From Octopus sinensis (taxonomy: Eukaryota), in NCBI RefSeq assembly GCF_006345805.1, contig NC_043011.1, positions 30,516,464-30,580,463 of the forward strand: a DNA stretch of 64,000 nucleotides. The letters run 5' to 3'. Positions 40,425-52,625 of the stretch are shown piece after piece (the stretch's first letter is position 1; each line of letters opens with the position of its first letter). Position numbers and translations under genes: made by a program. The notes under the pieces were generated by a model. It did not search any database. It was not told the origin of the DNA and saw nothing but the letters and a program-made list of their open reading frames with translations.

Positions 40425-41068
40425 GAGAGCATCGGAGGAAAAGCTTTGCGGTATTTAAAACGCCATTTTACGTTCTGACTTCAAATCTTGCCAAGGTCAA
40501 ATTTGCCTTTAATCTTCTCGGGGGTCGATAAAATAACGTACTACTCAAGTAGTTTAGTCGATGTAGTTGACTAATTCCCTCCTATGAAAACTGTTCACAC
40601 TGTGCTTAACTTAGAAACTATTATTGTGGCAGAGAGTAACGTGATGAGCTGGCAGAATCGTTAGCAAGCCGGGCGAAATGCTTAGCGGTATTTCGTCTGC
40701 CGCTACGTTCTGAGTTCAAACTACGCCGAGGTCGACTTTGCCTTTCATCCTTTCGGGGTCGATAAATTAAATACTACTTACGCTCTGGGATCGATCTAAT
40801 CGACTTAATCCCTTTGTCTGTCATTGTTTGTACCCTCTATGTTTAGCCCCTTGTGGGCAATAAAGAAATAAGAATCGTTAGCACGCCGGGGAAAATAGTT
40901 AGCGGTATTTCGTCTGCCGCTACGTTCAAATTACGCCGAGGTCGACTTTGCCTTTCATCCTTTCAGAGTCGATAAAATAAGTACCATTTGAGTACTGGGG
41001 GTCGATGTAATCGACTTATAACCCTCCCCCAAATTTCAGGCCTTGTGCCTATAGTAGATAGGATTATT
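40425..41068 (+). mobile_element. Three tandem SINE family B copies (40425-40622, 40643-40870, 40871-41068)
   Basis: Three head/central domains in tandem; the second has tail 1 and the third has tail 2. Confidence 0.85.
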
Positions 41069-41099
41069 GTTGTAGTTGTTGTTGCTGTAGTCGTTACTG

Positions 41100-41290
41100 T
41101 CTTCTTCTTTTTCTTCTTCTTCTTCTTCTTCTTCTTCTTCTTCTTCTTCTCTTCTTCTCTTCTTCTTCTTTTTCTTCTTCTTCTTCTTTTTCTTCTTCTT
41201 CTTCTTCTTCTTCTTCTTCTTCTTTTCTTTTTCTTCTTCTTCTTCTTCTTCTTCTTCTTCTTCTTCTTCTTCTTCTTCTTCTTCTTCTTC
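41100..41290. repeat. (CTT)n tract
   Basis: Direct inspection. Confidence 0.97.
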
Positions 41291-41329
41291 CAATCAGAAC
41301 TCACGCCGTTAGCCACAAATAATAATCTG

Positions 41330-41590
41330 TAATTCGAGCCTACCCGAAGCTCCTAAGATCCACCCACCACACGCGATAGACTGGCGGTTGCACGGGCGCG
41401 AAAGCTACGTTGTTATCCTCATTCCGTACACGGTGGCTTTTAACGGGTGGAGAGCTGAACCATCCTGGGTTACAGAGGATTCGCAATCTAGACTAGGGTC
41501 TGAAAGTTTACTACACCATTGTGGGTTACACCATGGTTTCTCTGCTTTGTGGCAGAAGTAGGAAGAAAGAGTGAGAGAAAGTTGTGGTGA
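41330..41590 (-). mobile_element. Degenerate SINE family C-like copy
   Basis: AGAAAGAGTGAGAGAAAGTTGTGG block shared with 45655 and 47495. Confidence 0.45.
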
Positions 41591-42711
41591 AATAGTACAA
41601 AATATGCATGGGTTTCCTGATGTTGTACGGATCAAGAAGAAAATAGAATCACATTTTAAAAAGCAGAAAAAGGACTTGATACTGGTACAAATTTTGGATA
41701 GTCACTATATTCAAAGCAGCCGTACTTGACTAATACATCTTTTATTAACATAGGAAGAATGACAGGCAAAAATCAACAAGGCAAAAGTCGACCTATGCAA
41801 CACTTGAACTTAAAACATAAAAAAACGCTATAAAATTACAAGGACTTTTGTCCGTTATTCTACGGATTATTTTAGTTGGCTTTACTGTTTTTAGAGAGCA
41901 GTTCGTTGTTTGTATGTAATAGAATGTTTCTTCATAAATTTTGAAGCATCTAATTATAAAAGATGAACAAATTGATATTTTATAAAATGTGAGCATTTTT
42001 TGCTAGAGGTAGCTGTTGTCAGATAATCCAGTAATTACTTGAAATTTCATTAGTTTAAACCTAGCTTTTAAGAAAATGATGCATTCGTTAAAATTAACCG
42101 TACTGCGATTCTTTGCACGAGTTTTAAGATGTTTTTATCCTGCAGCACCAATTTTCAGGTTGTTAGACTGGACCATTTCGGAGCTAAGTGACTTATTCAC
42201 AGACAAAATTCTTCATCAGTGACAGGATACGCAGTTTAGTTATTAACTCGGCCATTTTTATTCTCTTCAAAACAATACAAATAAACGTTTAGTCAAATTG
42301 AAACTCTACGGGGAAATTCGTGATGGTCTTAACTGACAAATAGTTTTCAATAAGCAATAACCACGCTTCAGATAACCCCCACTGGATATGGTAACGCCTC
42401 TTAACCGACGAATAGTGATAGAAAACGTTGGCAAAGCGGAATAAATTATTTTATCTCACGGAAGGGAAGTCTAATATCAATCGACAACTCTTTTGAAATT
42501 CAAATTTGGTTCAGCTGGTTCCGCTTATTTGCATACCATCATAGTTTTAATTGTATAACTTCGCAAAATGACGAACTGCTCACATAAAAGCTACGTGAAA
42601 CTGGCCAGTTAATTGCATAACGTGTTTTTTCTCTGATTTTAAGTAAAAAAATTCTCAAAATGAAAAATTAAGCTTTTAATTGCTTTAACATTAATAAAGT
42701 CGCCGAGGGCG

Positions 42712-42902
42712 GTGACATGGCAAGAATCGTTAGCGACATTTCCACCTTCTTTACGTTCTGAGTTCAAATTCCGCCGAGGTCGACCTTACCTTTCGGGGTT
42801 GATAAAATAAGTACCAGTTAAATTCTGTGGTTGATATAATCGAGTTAACCACCACCAAACCTTAAATTGCTGGCTTTGTGCCAAAGTTTGGAATCAATAT
42901 TA
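42712..42902 (+). mobile_element. SINE family B, tail type 2
   Basis: GGCAAGAATCGTTAGCG...CCGCCGAGGTCGACC...GTGCCAAAGTTTGG. Confidence 0.7.
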
Positions 42903-43494
42903 ATAAAGTCATTGAGACAGATTTTATTTCACAATGACCTGAAATGGCAGTAATCAATACTTTATGTTTACTAACCGATGTCAAAAGAAGGCACTATCTA
43001 AATCATTCGTATCTGTTCAATAAATTAAGGTCTGTCAAAGTTCAAATTCTGGTGTATTTTTTTATCTAACATATAGATGCGTAATAACATATTTCCAATA
43101 GATAAATCACCATTGTAGAAATATAGTTTTTAATCAAGAGCTCTACTGGCGCTGTTTTTCTTGCTTCCATTATCGATTACATTAATTGCGACTGACCCAA
43201 ATAATATTTTATATATATTTAATGTCCCTAGTTGTTATCAATCATAACTACAAAGCGCGTGAAAGTCATTGCCAGGAGATATCAGTTTAGGGAAGGTTGC
43301 GTAACTCAAAAATATCAAGCGTCGGAAAGCCTGATAGGTTTAAGTAAAATTACCATCTTGATAAAAATAGATTGGACTGAGTAAATGTGTACGCAACATG
43401 CACTCGAAGTAAGCTAGGTTTGCTCTTGCTTATTTTAGAATCCGTATATAACACAGTTATAATATTTTACTACCCATAGAATACATTCTTTCAT

Positions 43495-43670
43495 TGCTTT
43501 ACTTGTTTCAGTCATTTGACTGCGGCCATGCTGGAGCGCCGTCTTGAAGGATTTTAGTCGAACAAATCGACCCCAGGACTTATTTCTTAAGCCTAGTACT
43601 GATTCTATTGGTGTCTTTTACCGAACCCACAAAGTTGCGGGGATGTAAACACACCACCACCGGTTGTCAG
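43495..43670 (-). mobile_element. SINE family A tail fragment
   Basis: ACTTGTTTCAGTCATTTGACTGCGGCCATGCTGGAGC. Confidence 0.75.
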
Positions 43671-43976
43671 AGGGGATAATTGAATGAATGTGGTGATATC
43701 TAAGGTATGTTTGTTCCCAAGCAACACTTATTTTAGTGCTGTTGACACCGTCGGATTCAATGGTACTGCTCAGGTGTCGAAACCATAGGTGTATTCGTGG
43801 GGCAGCAGATGATGGAGGTGTGTTGGATTGTTGGTATGGCTGTTATTGTATGTGCGGAATAGCTTTTGAAGATATCCATTTGATATATATATATATATCA
43901 AATATATTTCAACGGTGGTGCCCCAGCATGGCCGCAGCCTTCGGGCTGAAACATTTTTAAGGATTTAAGGATATAA

Positions 43977-44008
<32 letters not shown>

Positions 44009-44016
<8 letters not shown>

Positions 44017-44602
44017 ATGTTACATTAATCGGTAGTCAAGATAAAACTCTGAGTTTCAGATGCCGAAGTGGAAATCCACAACACCATCTCTTCGGTTATC
44101 TGGCTATTTGAAAACGTTATGAAAAAATACCGTTAAATAAAGGGAAATTACTCTGTTATAACTCTGCTTGCCTGCGTACTTATACATCGCTCGCCTTTTT
44201 CGTCATAAAAATTATGTAAAAATTATATAAAAATACATAAAAAATATATATATAAAAAATATATATAAAAAATTTATGTATTTTTTAATGTATTTTTTAT
44301 ATATTTTTTATATATTTTTTATGTATTTTTATGTATTTTTATGTATTTTTTTATGTATATATATATTTTTTTATGTATTTTTATATAATTTTTACGTAAT
44401 TTTTATGACGAAAAAGGCGAGCGATGTATAAGTACGCAGGCAAGCAGAGTTATAACAGAGTAATTTCCCTTTATTTAACGGTATTTTTTCATAACGTTTT
44501 CAAATAGCCAGATAACCGAAGAGATGGTGTTGTGGATTTCCACTTCGGCATCTGAAACTCAGAGTTTTATCTTGACTACCGAGTAATGTAACATATTGTA
44601 TA
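44009..44602. repeat. Long inverted repeat (~244-bp arms, AT-rich centre), probably PLE-derived
   Basis: 44009-~44252 is the reverse complement of ~44357-44602, with 2 substitutions seen outside the inner A/T runs. Confidence 0.95.
44510..44572 (+). ncRNA. Variant type-I hammerhead-ribozyme-like motif (mirror copy on the minus strand at 44039-44101)
   Basis: AGATAA|CCGAAGA|GATG..CATC|T|GAA|ACTC-A-GAGT|T|TTATCT: 6-bp stem I in register, 6/7 core match, GAAA, quasi-palindromic stem III, GUU site. Confidence 0.5.
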
Positions 44603-44804
44603 GATAAATTTCCTCTATTTACATAATATTGAGGTCTCTTTCTTTCTTTTGTTATCTTACCGTTTTATCAATATATATATATATATATATAAATTTATAA
44701 ACATATTTAATAAATTTAACCTTTAAAGGTATTTTTTAATATGCTGACCATTGATAGAATTTTTTTTTGAAAAATTTTTATCCTACATTAGATATATATA
44801 TACG

Positions 44805-44940
44805 ACGGCCTTCTTTCAGTTTCCGTCCACCAAATCCACTGACAAGGCTTAGGTAGGCCCGAGGCTACAGTAGAAGATATTTGCCCAAGGTGTCATGTGG
44901 TTGGGAATGAAACTTCTTATTGCACAACCACGCCTGCGTC
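44805..44940 (-). mobile_element. SINE family A head
   Basis: CCTTCTTTCAGTTTCCGTCCACCAAATCCACT...ACCACGCCTGCG. Confidence 0.75.
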
Positions 44941-45089
44941 TATATTAAAATACTCTAGTTTATCACCCATCCTTCGAATGCTGTTATTTCACAGTTTTGT
45001 CTCGTTTATACTATCACGAAACTATGCAGTTAAAAGGAATCGACTGCAATAACGAACTATGAAGAAAACATAGAAGGGCAGGATTGCGT

Positions 45090-45560
45090 GTGTCGTTAAG
45101 AAGCCGTTGTTTTGGGTTCAGTCCCACTGTGTGGCAACTTGGGCAAGTGTCTTCTATAGTCACGGACGAACCGCTGCCTTGTGAGTTGATTTGGTAGACA
45201 GAAACTGAATGAAGCCCGTCGTACATATGTGGGTATGTATGTGTGTGTGTGTGTGCTGTTGTCATGGTTGTGTGTGTGTTTTGTTGTTGTTGTGTGTGTG
45301 TTTTGTTGTTGTGTGTGTGTGTGGTGTGTGTGTGCATGTGCTTGCGTGTGCGTGCGTGTATTTTTCTTTGTAACCCCACCATCACTTGACAATCGGTGCT
45401 GGTTTGTTTACATCCTCTAAATTTGTGGTTCGGCAAAAGAGACCAATAGAATAAGTACAGGGCTCAAAAATAAGCACTGGATTCGATTCGTTCGACTAAA
45501 CCCTTCAAAGCCCCAGCATGGCCGCAATCTAACGACTGAAGCAAGTAAAAGATAAACGAT
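45090..45560 (+). mobile_element. SINE family A with an internal (TTG)/(TG) microsatellite
   Basis: Head and tail match the 5421 copy. Confidence 0.8.
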
Positions 45561-45654
45561 AAATGAAAGTCATTATTTCAAATAATGTTCATTAAAGGAA
45601 ATGCTCTTTCTGCTGAGGAAGAACTGTAATTGTAGTTTATTGTTCTTTGTTCCT

Positions 45655-45950
45655 TTTCGAGCCATGCCTGGCTCATAAGGACTGGTTTCCCAGTTTCATA
45701 GGCGTATAAGTTCCCCACCTGGATAGGACGTCGGTCCGTCGCAGGCGAGCTGCTAGATGCAGGAGGAAAGAGTGAGAGAAAGTTGTGGCGAAAAAGTCAG
45801 CAGAATTTCGCCATTACCTTCTGCTGGAGCTGCGTGGAGCTTAGGTGTTTGCCTATTAAACTCACACTCATCGCCCGGTCTGTGATTCGAAGCCGCGATC
45901 CCTCGACCACGAGTCAGCTGCTCTAACCACTAGGCCATGTGCCTCCACTA
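45655..45950 (-). mobile_element. SINE family C
   Basis: CTAACCACTAGGCCATGTGCCT is the reverse complement of the head at 36762. Confidence 0.75.
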
Positions 45951-45974
45951 ATTGTAGTTTACCTTCCTTATTGT

Positions 45975-46215
45975 AACAAGCTAACTGGCACTCCATCGCT
46001 TACGACGACAAGGGTTCCAGTTGATCCGATCAACAGAACAGCCTGCTCGTGAAGTTAATGTGCAAGCGGCTGAGCCAGCTCCACAGACATGTGCCCTTAA
46101 CGTAGTTCCTTGAGAGATTTAGTGACACAGAATGTGGCAAGAACACAATGCACTACCGGGAATCGAACTCAAGGTTGTATGCCAAATGCCTTCACCACTA
46201 AGCCACGCACCTGCA
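45975..46215 (-). mobile_element. SINE family E (GGGTTCCAGTTGATCCGATCAAC..GCCTGCTCGTGAA)
   Basis: tRNA-like head GGGAATCGAACTC..CACCACTAAGCCACG with a distinct body. Confidence 0.55.
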
Positions 46216-46986
46216 CTTACTGTTTCTGTAGCAGGAAGATCTTTCCCTCCCATGCAATTTTCTATATAATTTTAAAAAATTCTATCTAAAGTAGGTTCTA
46301 AATTGCCCGAAAACTTAAGAATTTAGATCTTTTACTATAATTTTTATGCATGTATTCTTCACTTTAATCTTATTAATTGTATTTTCATTCGCTAGTAGAC
46401 ATCAAACAAATGTCTCTAAATGCTACGCGATCGTAAAATAATGTAAGATATTTTATGTATTGCATATACTGAGGAAAGGACCGCAGTGGATGAGATGAGC
46501 TTCTACTGCGAACTTTCACTTAATAATCTTTCCTTAATTTTAGCAATTAAGTGGCTGTGATTTAAACCTTTCGTTTTCTTCTACTCTATTTAAAGATATT
46601 GCCTGTTCATTAATTTTATCGGGTATTTGAAAATACTCGTTCATCCAAAATATTGAGCATTAAGTCAACTATGAATGTTTTGTTTCTCAGCCATTTAAAA
46701 AAATATTTCTAAGCCAGGAAAATGCTTATCTTTAGACAAAAACGTACTGAAAGCGGGATAACCCTTTCCGTGCTTCTTTCCCAAACTTGAGGCTTCAGGA
46801 AGAGAGATGGGCACAATACATCAAACAACCATAAGTAGGAAGACATTCACATTAAAGTATTGTGAGAAGAAGGGAAAGGAGGGTAATTACAGTGGAACAC
46901 AGACAAAGCAGCAGAAAATGAGCTGGAAACAGGTAAAACACAATTACATGTATAATTAAATTCTTGCATGCCTATATATATATATT

Positions 46987-47296
46987 ACGATCGTGAGGTT
47001 GTGAGCTCGAATCCCGGACCGGGCTGCGTGTTGTGTTCTCGAGCAAGGCACTTTATTTTACGTTGCTCCTGTTCACTCCGTTGTAGAAATGAGTTGCGAC
47101 GTCACTGGTGCCAAGCTGTATCGGCCTTTGTCTTTCCCTTGGATAACACTGGTGGCGTGGAGAGGGGAGGCTGGTATGCATGGGCGACTGCTGGCCTTCC
47201 ATAAACAACCTTGCCCGGACTTGTGTCTAGGAGGGTAACTTTCTAGGTGCAATCCCATGGTCATTCATGACCGAAGGGGGTCTTTACCCTTTACCC
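46987..47296 (+). mobile_element. SINE family D
   Basis: GTGAGCTCGAATCCC B-box, GAGCAAGGCACTTT, and a tail of TTTACCC repeats. Confidence 0.8.
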
Positions 47297-47494
47297 TTAT
47301 ATATATATTACTATACACACAATCAAGAATCCATACATAGACATATACATATAATCGCTCATATACATCTTCTCATCATCATCTCGAAATTAATACTGAA
47401 ACAGAAAATTTCCCGATGTTAATACAGGGATTAACTTTCACAGCAAAACATTTAAAACCAACTGAAATGTTTGCGGGTAGACCGTGGCAGACTC

Positions 47495-47697
47495 CGTGAA
47501 CGTCTATCTAGATGCAGGAGGGAAGAGTGAGAGAAAATTGTGGCAAAAGAGTCAGCAGAAGTTCACCATTACCTTCTGCTGGAGCTGCGTGGAGCTTAGG
47601 TGTTTCGCTCATAAACATACACATCGCCCGATCTGAGATTCGAACCCGCGATCCCACGACCACGAGTCAGCTGCTCTAACCACTAGGCCATGGTCAC
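47495..47697 (-). mobile_element. SINE family C
   Basis: Nearly the same sequence as 45750-45950. Confidence 0.8.
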
Positions 47698-48500
47698 CAA
47701 AACATTCACAATTGGTTTTCTTGTCAGCGTATAAGAAGCGACTTTTTACCAAAAGAAAGCATTCAAAGATTACCCTGCGCCTAATACACCCATGATATAG
47801 AAGAGAATTTGGGTGTTTCAGACGCACGAACCTGGTTAGTAAGTCGTGCGGGTAGCAGTCTACAAGGTGCAAGAACTGCTTTATTAAAAATATAACCAAA
47901 ATAAAATAATTATAATCAATCGAAATAATCACAGATGTTCTTCAGTGTCCCTTTCATGTTGTCACAATAAAAAATTATCAATCCCTATCACAAACGACCA
48001 AGTCATCTCATGACAGATAAAGAAACCATTCTTCTGTGACTGCAAAACAAATTGATAATAGATCGCTAACAAAATGAATACGGCATGTAATATTCAAGGG
48101 TAGCTGTATCTAACGCAAAGTTACAGATAAATATTGACTTTGAAAGTTCACAGTAGAAGCTCATCTCGTCCACTGTGGTCCTTTCCACAGTATATGCAAT
48201 GCACAAAATATCTTACATTATTTTAAGATCGCGTAGCTTTTAGAAACATTTGTTTGATATCTACCGGAGAATGAAAATACAATTAACAAGATTAACGGTA
48301 TGTCGACAACATCAGCTGTCAATCAGCTACATGGTAAGTGACTGACCAAACAATAGCGATGGCGTTATATCCTGTTGACGGATCGTGGTAATACAAAGTA
48401 CCACTGCTAAATTTATGATTTCATATTCTGTTGGTAATTCATCTGACCAAAATATAAAGAAACTGCACGCACACACTCCCAAAGCTGCTCTGTTCAGGGA

Positions 48501-48755
48501 AAGGTTTGGGTTACGGGGCTCCCCCCAAATATCACTAAAGAGGAACTTTCTGAATATGTGATTAATATAGGAAAAGAAAATAATTTTGAACTTATACAGA
48601 GAGCAAATATGGACGAAGTCAATCTGCCATTTTAAGTACCATCTATAAAACAGAGAAATTCTAAATCTGTCACTATTAAAATATGTGACCATTCAAAAGC
48701 ACACGACACACTTGTTTTAACATAACGCGTTGGTGGCACAAAACTACGGCCATTT
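48501..48755 (+). pseudogene. Decayed RRM-like coding remnant (two in-frame stops); LINE ORF1 or pseudo-exon
   Basis: KVWVTGLPPNITKEELSEYV...*...SVTIKICDHSKAHDTLVLT*RVGGTKLRPF follows the RNP2/helix1/beta3/helix2/beta4 pattern. Confidence 0.4.
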
Positions 48756-49007
48756 CCGATTTTTAAATGAAAGGTATGGCTTGAAGGAAGTATACACAGC
48801 GGAAGTTATAAACATGTCCACCAAGAAGATTAGATAGATAAGGAAGGAATAAAATTATGCTTTGATAAAGTGTGTCAGCCGTTCTGATGAGCTATTAAAG
48901 AAATCCGCTTTATTAGTTTAAGATCAATTTCAGGTTTATAGGAATGAACTTGATAAAAAGGAAGTTGTAATACGGAAGTTGTAAAAAGGCAATCGTAATA
49001 AGGTATA

Positions 49008-49240
49008 TATTTCTTTACTACCCACAAGGGGCTAAACATAGAGAGGACAAACAAGGACAGACAGATGGATTAAGTCGATTACATCGACCCCAATGCGTAA
49101 CTGGTACTTAATTTATCGACCCCGAAAGGATGAAAGGCAAAGTCAACCTCGGCGGAATTTGAACTCAGAACGTAACGGCAGACGAAATACGGCTACGCAT
49201 TTCGCCCGGCGTGCTAACGTTTCTGCCAGTTCGCCGCCTT
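49008..49240 (-). mobile_element. SINE family B, tail type 1, young, with an 18-bp TSD
   Basis: TSD CAAT(C/T)GTAATAAGGTATA at 48990-49007 and 49241-49258. Confidence 0.92.
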
Positions 49241-49581
49241 CAATTGTAATAAGGTATAACTAGTCACTTGCCGTATTTTTATGTCTGTATTAGTCAGTTA
49301 AAGGTTTAATGAAGGAAGAGTAGAACATATGGATCCAGGTCTCAGACTCCGAAGAGACACTGATAGGAAGGAAGAAGAAACCTACTATAGCACAAGTGTA
49401 TAATAAAAGTTTATAAAATGCCGAAAAATAAGAGGTAGTTGCGAAGTCCTTTGCGTTTTTGTTGGTACTAGAATATGAATAGCACACGAAAAAGGAACAT
49501 TCAAAATACGAAGATAAAATTATTGAGTTTCACTGATATATGACAGATTTAAAAAAAGAAATGAGATCTACTGTTAAACAG

Positions 49582-49841
49582 GTGTCTATGAAAAGTTTAT
49601 GAAACGCCGTAAAATGAAGAGTAGTTGTGAAGTTTTAGACAATACCTTTCATGGAACTGAGTGCGATTTATTATTGGAAGAACATATTGAAAATGTGGAT
49701 CCTATTGATGGGAATTCTAGTAATGGAGCTTATAATATGAATGCCAGCAATGTGGACAAGTGTTTAGGCTTTGATGAAACTAGTTTACCTAGTTCAGGAG
49801 ATGAAGATTCCTTAGATTTAGCAGATGATAAACCTGTTATT
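49582..49841 (+). CDS. Candidate 260-nt exon encoding an acidic, Ser-rich segment (unverified)
   Basis: Weak acceptor TTAAACAG, strong donor ATT|GTAAGT, 87 open codons (VYEKFMKRRKMKSSCEVLD...SSGDEDSLDLADDKPVI). Confidence 0.3.
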
Positions 49842-50329
49842 GTAAGTTGTGTCTTGTTACATACTATTCACTGGAACTTTTATTGTTTACTGTGTACAAT
49901 ACTAATAAAACATTTTCTTGCCTTGTGCTCATGTATTATATCTATAGGATTTCATTCCTTTTTATTGCACTTTGCTGTTTGAATTATATAACTTTTACCG
50001 ATATACCTGCTTTGTCTTCATGTACCAGTATTCACCGACACTAATGTACAGTATTTCTTAACAGCTATAGTCAATTAAATTTATTTTCTTTTAAGTCGAA
50101 TATAACGTTATATATGATTTCATGGTTGATACATGCATACATGCAACTTACATGCACAAAATAATGTTTTCTCTCTAAAATAGCTTTCACTAGATGTATG
50201 TTAGAATAGTTTTTACTAAAAATTATACTTGTAAGTTAGAGTGCGACTTTCTCATATACGCATCCAAACACGAGACACGCATGAATACATACATACATAA
50301 TACATACATACATACATACATACATACAT

Positions 50330-50360
<31 letters not shown>

Positions 50361-50429
50361 TACATACATACATACATACATACATACATACATACATACA
50401 TACATGCATACAATGATATGATGTCTGTT

Positions 50430-50959
50430 CATTTGAGACCGAGCAAGTCCATCACTGACCATTTAGCAGCAATAACCTGTGCAAAATGTCAGGAATGCCT
50501 GTGCAAAATATTAGGTAAAATAAGGCGTAAACGACACCTCATACGCCCACTTCAGGCTACTGACAAGATGTTTTGTGCCAATATGAGTTGCGGGCTCAGG
50601 AATGCAGAAGCGCCATGTTTTCAGGCGCACACAAAAGAACCCTAAAATGTCCAATGCCATTTTCCTGCACATCCGGTTTTAAATCAGAAGGATCTTCTCC
50701 TAGCGATATACTTCTACAAAAGCTGAGGGTTTCTCCCTCCCAGTGGTCTCCCAGCATTTCTGAGGGCCCGTGCTATTGCTAGACAGTCGTCGATTTAACA
50801 CTGGGTTCGTTCGTCCTTTTATCAAGTCTTGCTTTGAGGCCGGATAGGTTTCTAGCAACCCTCCTCGCCAGGCTGGTGAGGTTCCTGTTTACTTGCCGGC
50901 AATCCAAGCAACAGACTGTGCCAGATTCCATGTAATAAGTTGCCTTCATGAGAGACTTA

Positions 50960-50960
<1 letters not shown>
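50430..50960 (-). mobile_element. Possible decayed RTE-like 5'/APE region
   Basis: GC-richer block; minus fragment RKMALDILGFFCVRLK resembles the APE motif IDILG.SEVR. Confidence 0.3.
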
Positions 50961-51600
<640 letters not shown>

Positions 51601-52354
51601 ACACATATGATTGGGGCTTACGATTTCTGTGAGATAAATAATCGCCAAGTGACATAAGTGTTTACATGCTTTTAGGAGGTATTTAAAATGTAGTTAATAT
51701 TTAAAACTATGAAAGAAAACAAAATCAAAAAACACCCAAAACGAACAAAACAAAAATTTCTTTTATCGCCAAAGATTCAGGCAGTTTCCATTTGTGATAT
51801 AAACTATTTCATCATGATATTTCATGTTGTTACCGGTTCTATTATAAAGATAGTCAGAGTTCAATAACTTTCTTATTCTTATTTTCCGCGCAAACGGAAA
51901 CGACAAAAACAAATTTCCGGCCATTTTGACGGGACTAATGGCAATTCAAAAGAAAAGATATACAGACATACGTTTATTGTTCAGTTCCGGAAATTACTTT
52001 AGCTGTCGTGAAACACAACTCAATATACGAACACTTTCGGGGTTAATTTTTACATCATGTCTCCTAAACATTTTAGCAAAATAAATATACATACAAACAA
52101 AAACGTGATCAAAACACTTGTTCCTCGTACATTAAAGAACACTTTTCTTCCTTTCTATTAATGTGCAGCAAAAAGAACTGAATAAATTCCTCGATTTGTG
52201 ACAAGCAAATCCGAAGACTCACTTTCCGCAAATAATTAATAATGGTCACCTAAAAATAAATGTTTCATAATAAGTATATAAAAGAACTTCTCAAACGGGA
52301 AAGGGTTAGAGCTGAATGAACCGACTACTTATATATCAACATCGTTTTTGTAAT

Positions 52355-52625
52355 GCGGGGAACTGGCAGAATCGTTTGCACGCCGGGCGAAGTGCTTGCG
52401 GCATTTCGTGCGTCTTTATGCTCTGAGTTCGAATGCCGCCGGTGTCGACTGTGTCTTTCATCCTTCCGAGGTCGACTGTACCTTTCATCCGTCCGAGATC
52501 GACTTTGCCTTTCACCCGACCGAGGTCGATAAAATAAGTACCAGCTAAACACTAGAGTCGATGCAATCTACTTACTCCCTCCCTTGAGATTGCTGGCCTT
52601 GTGCCAAAATTTGAAACCGATATAT
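52355..52625 (+). mobile_element. SINE family B with a triplicated 27-bp central unit, tail type 2
   Basis: Units start at 52439, 52466 and 52493. Confidence 0.8.

Noticed and set aside
43740-43880. THLHHLLP fragment suggesting a CR1/L2 C-terminus (minus strand)
   Set aside because: Single short motif; insufficient support.
52290-52312. piggyBac-like end GGGAAAGGGTTAGA
   Set aside because: No matching opposite end or TTAA site found.
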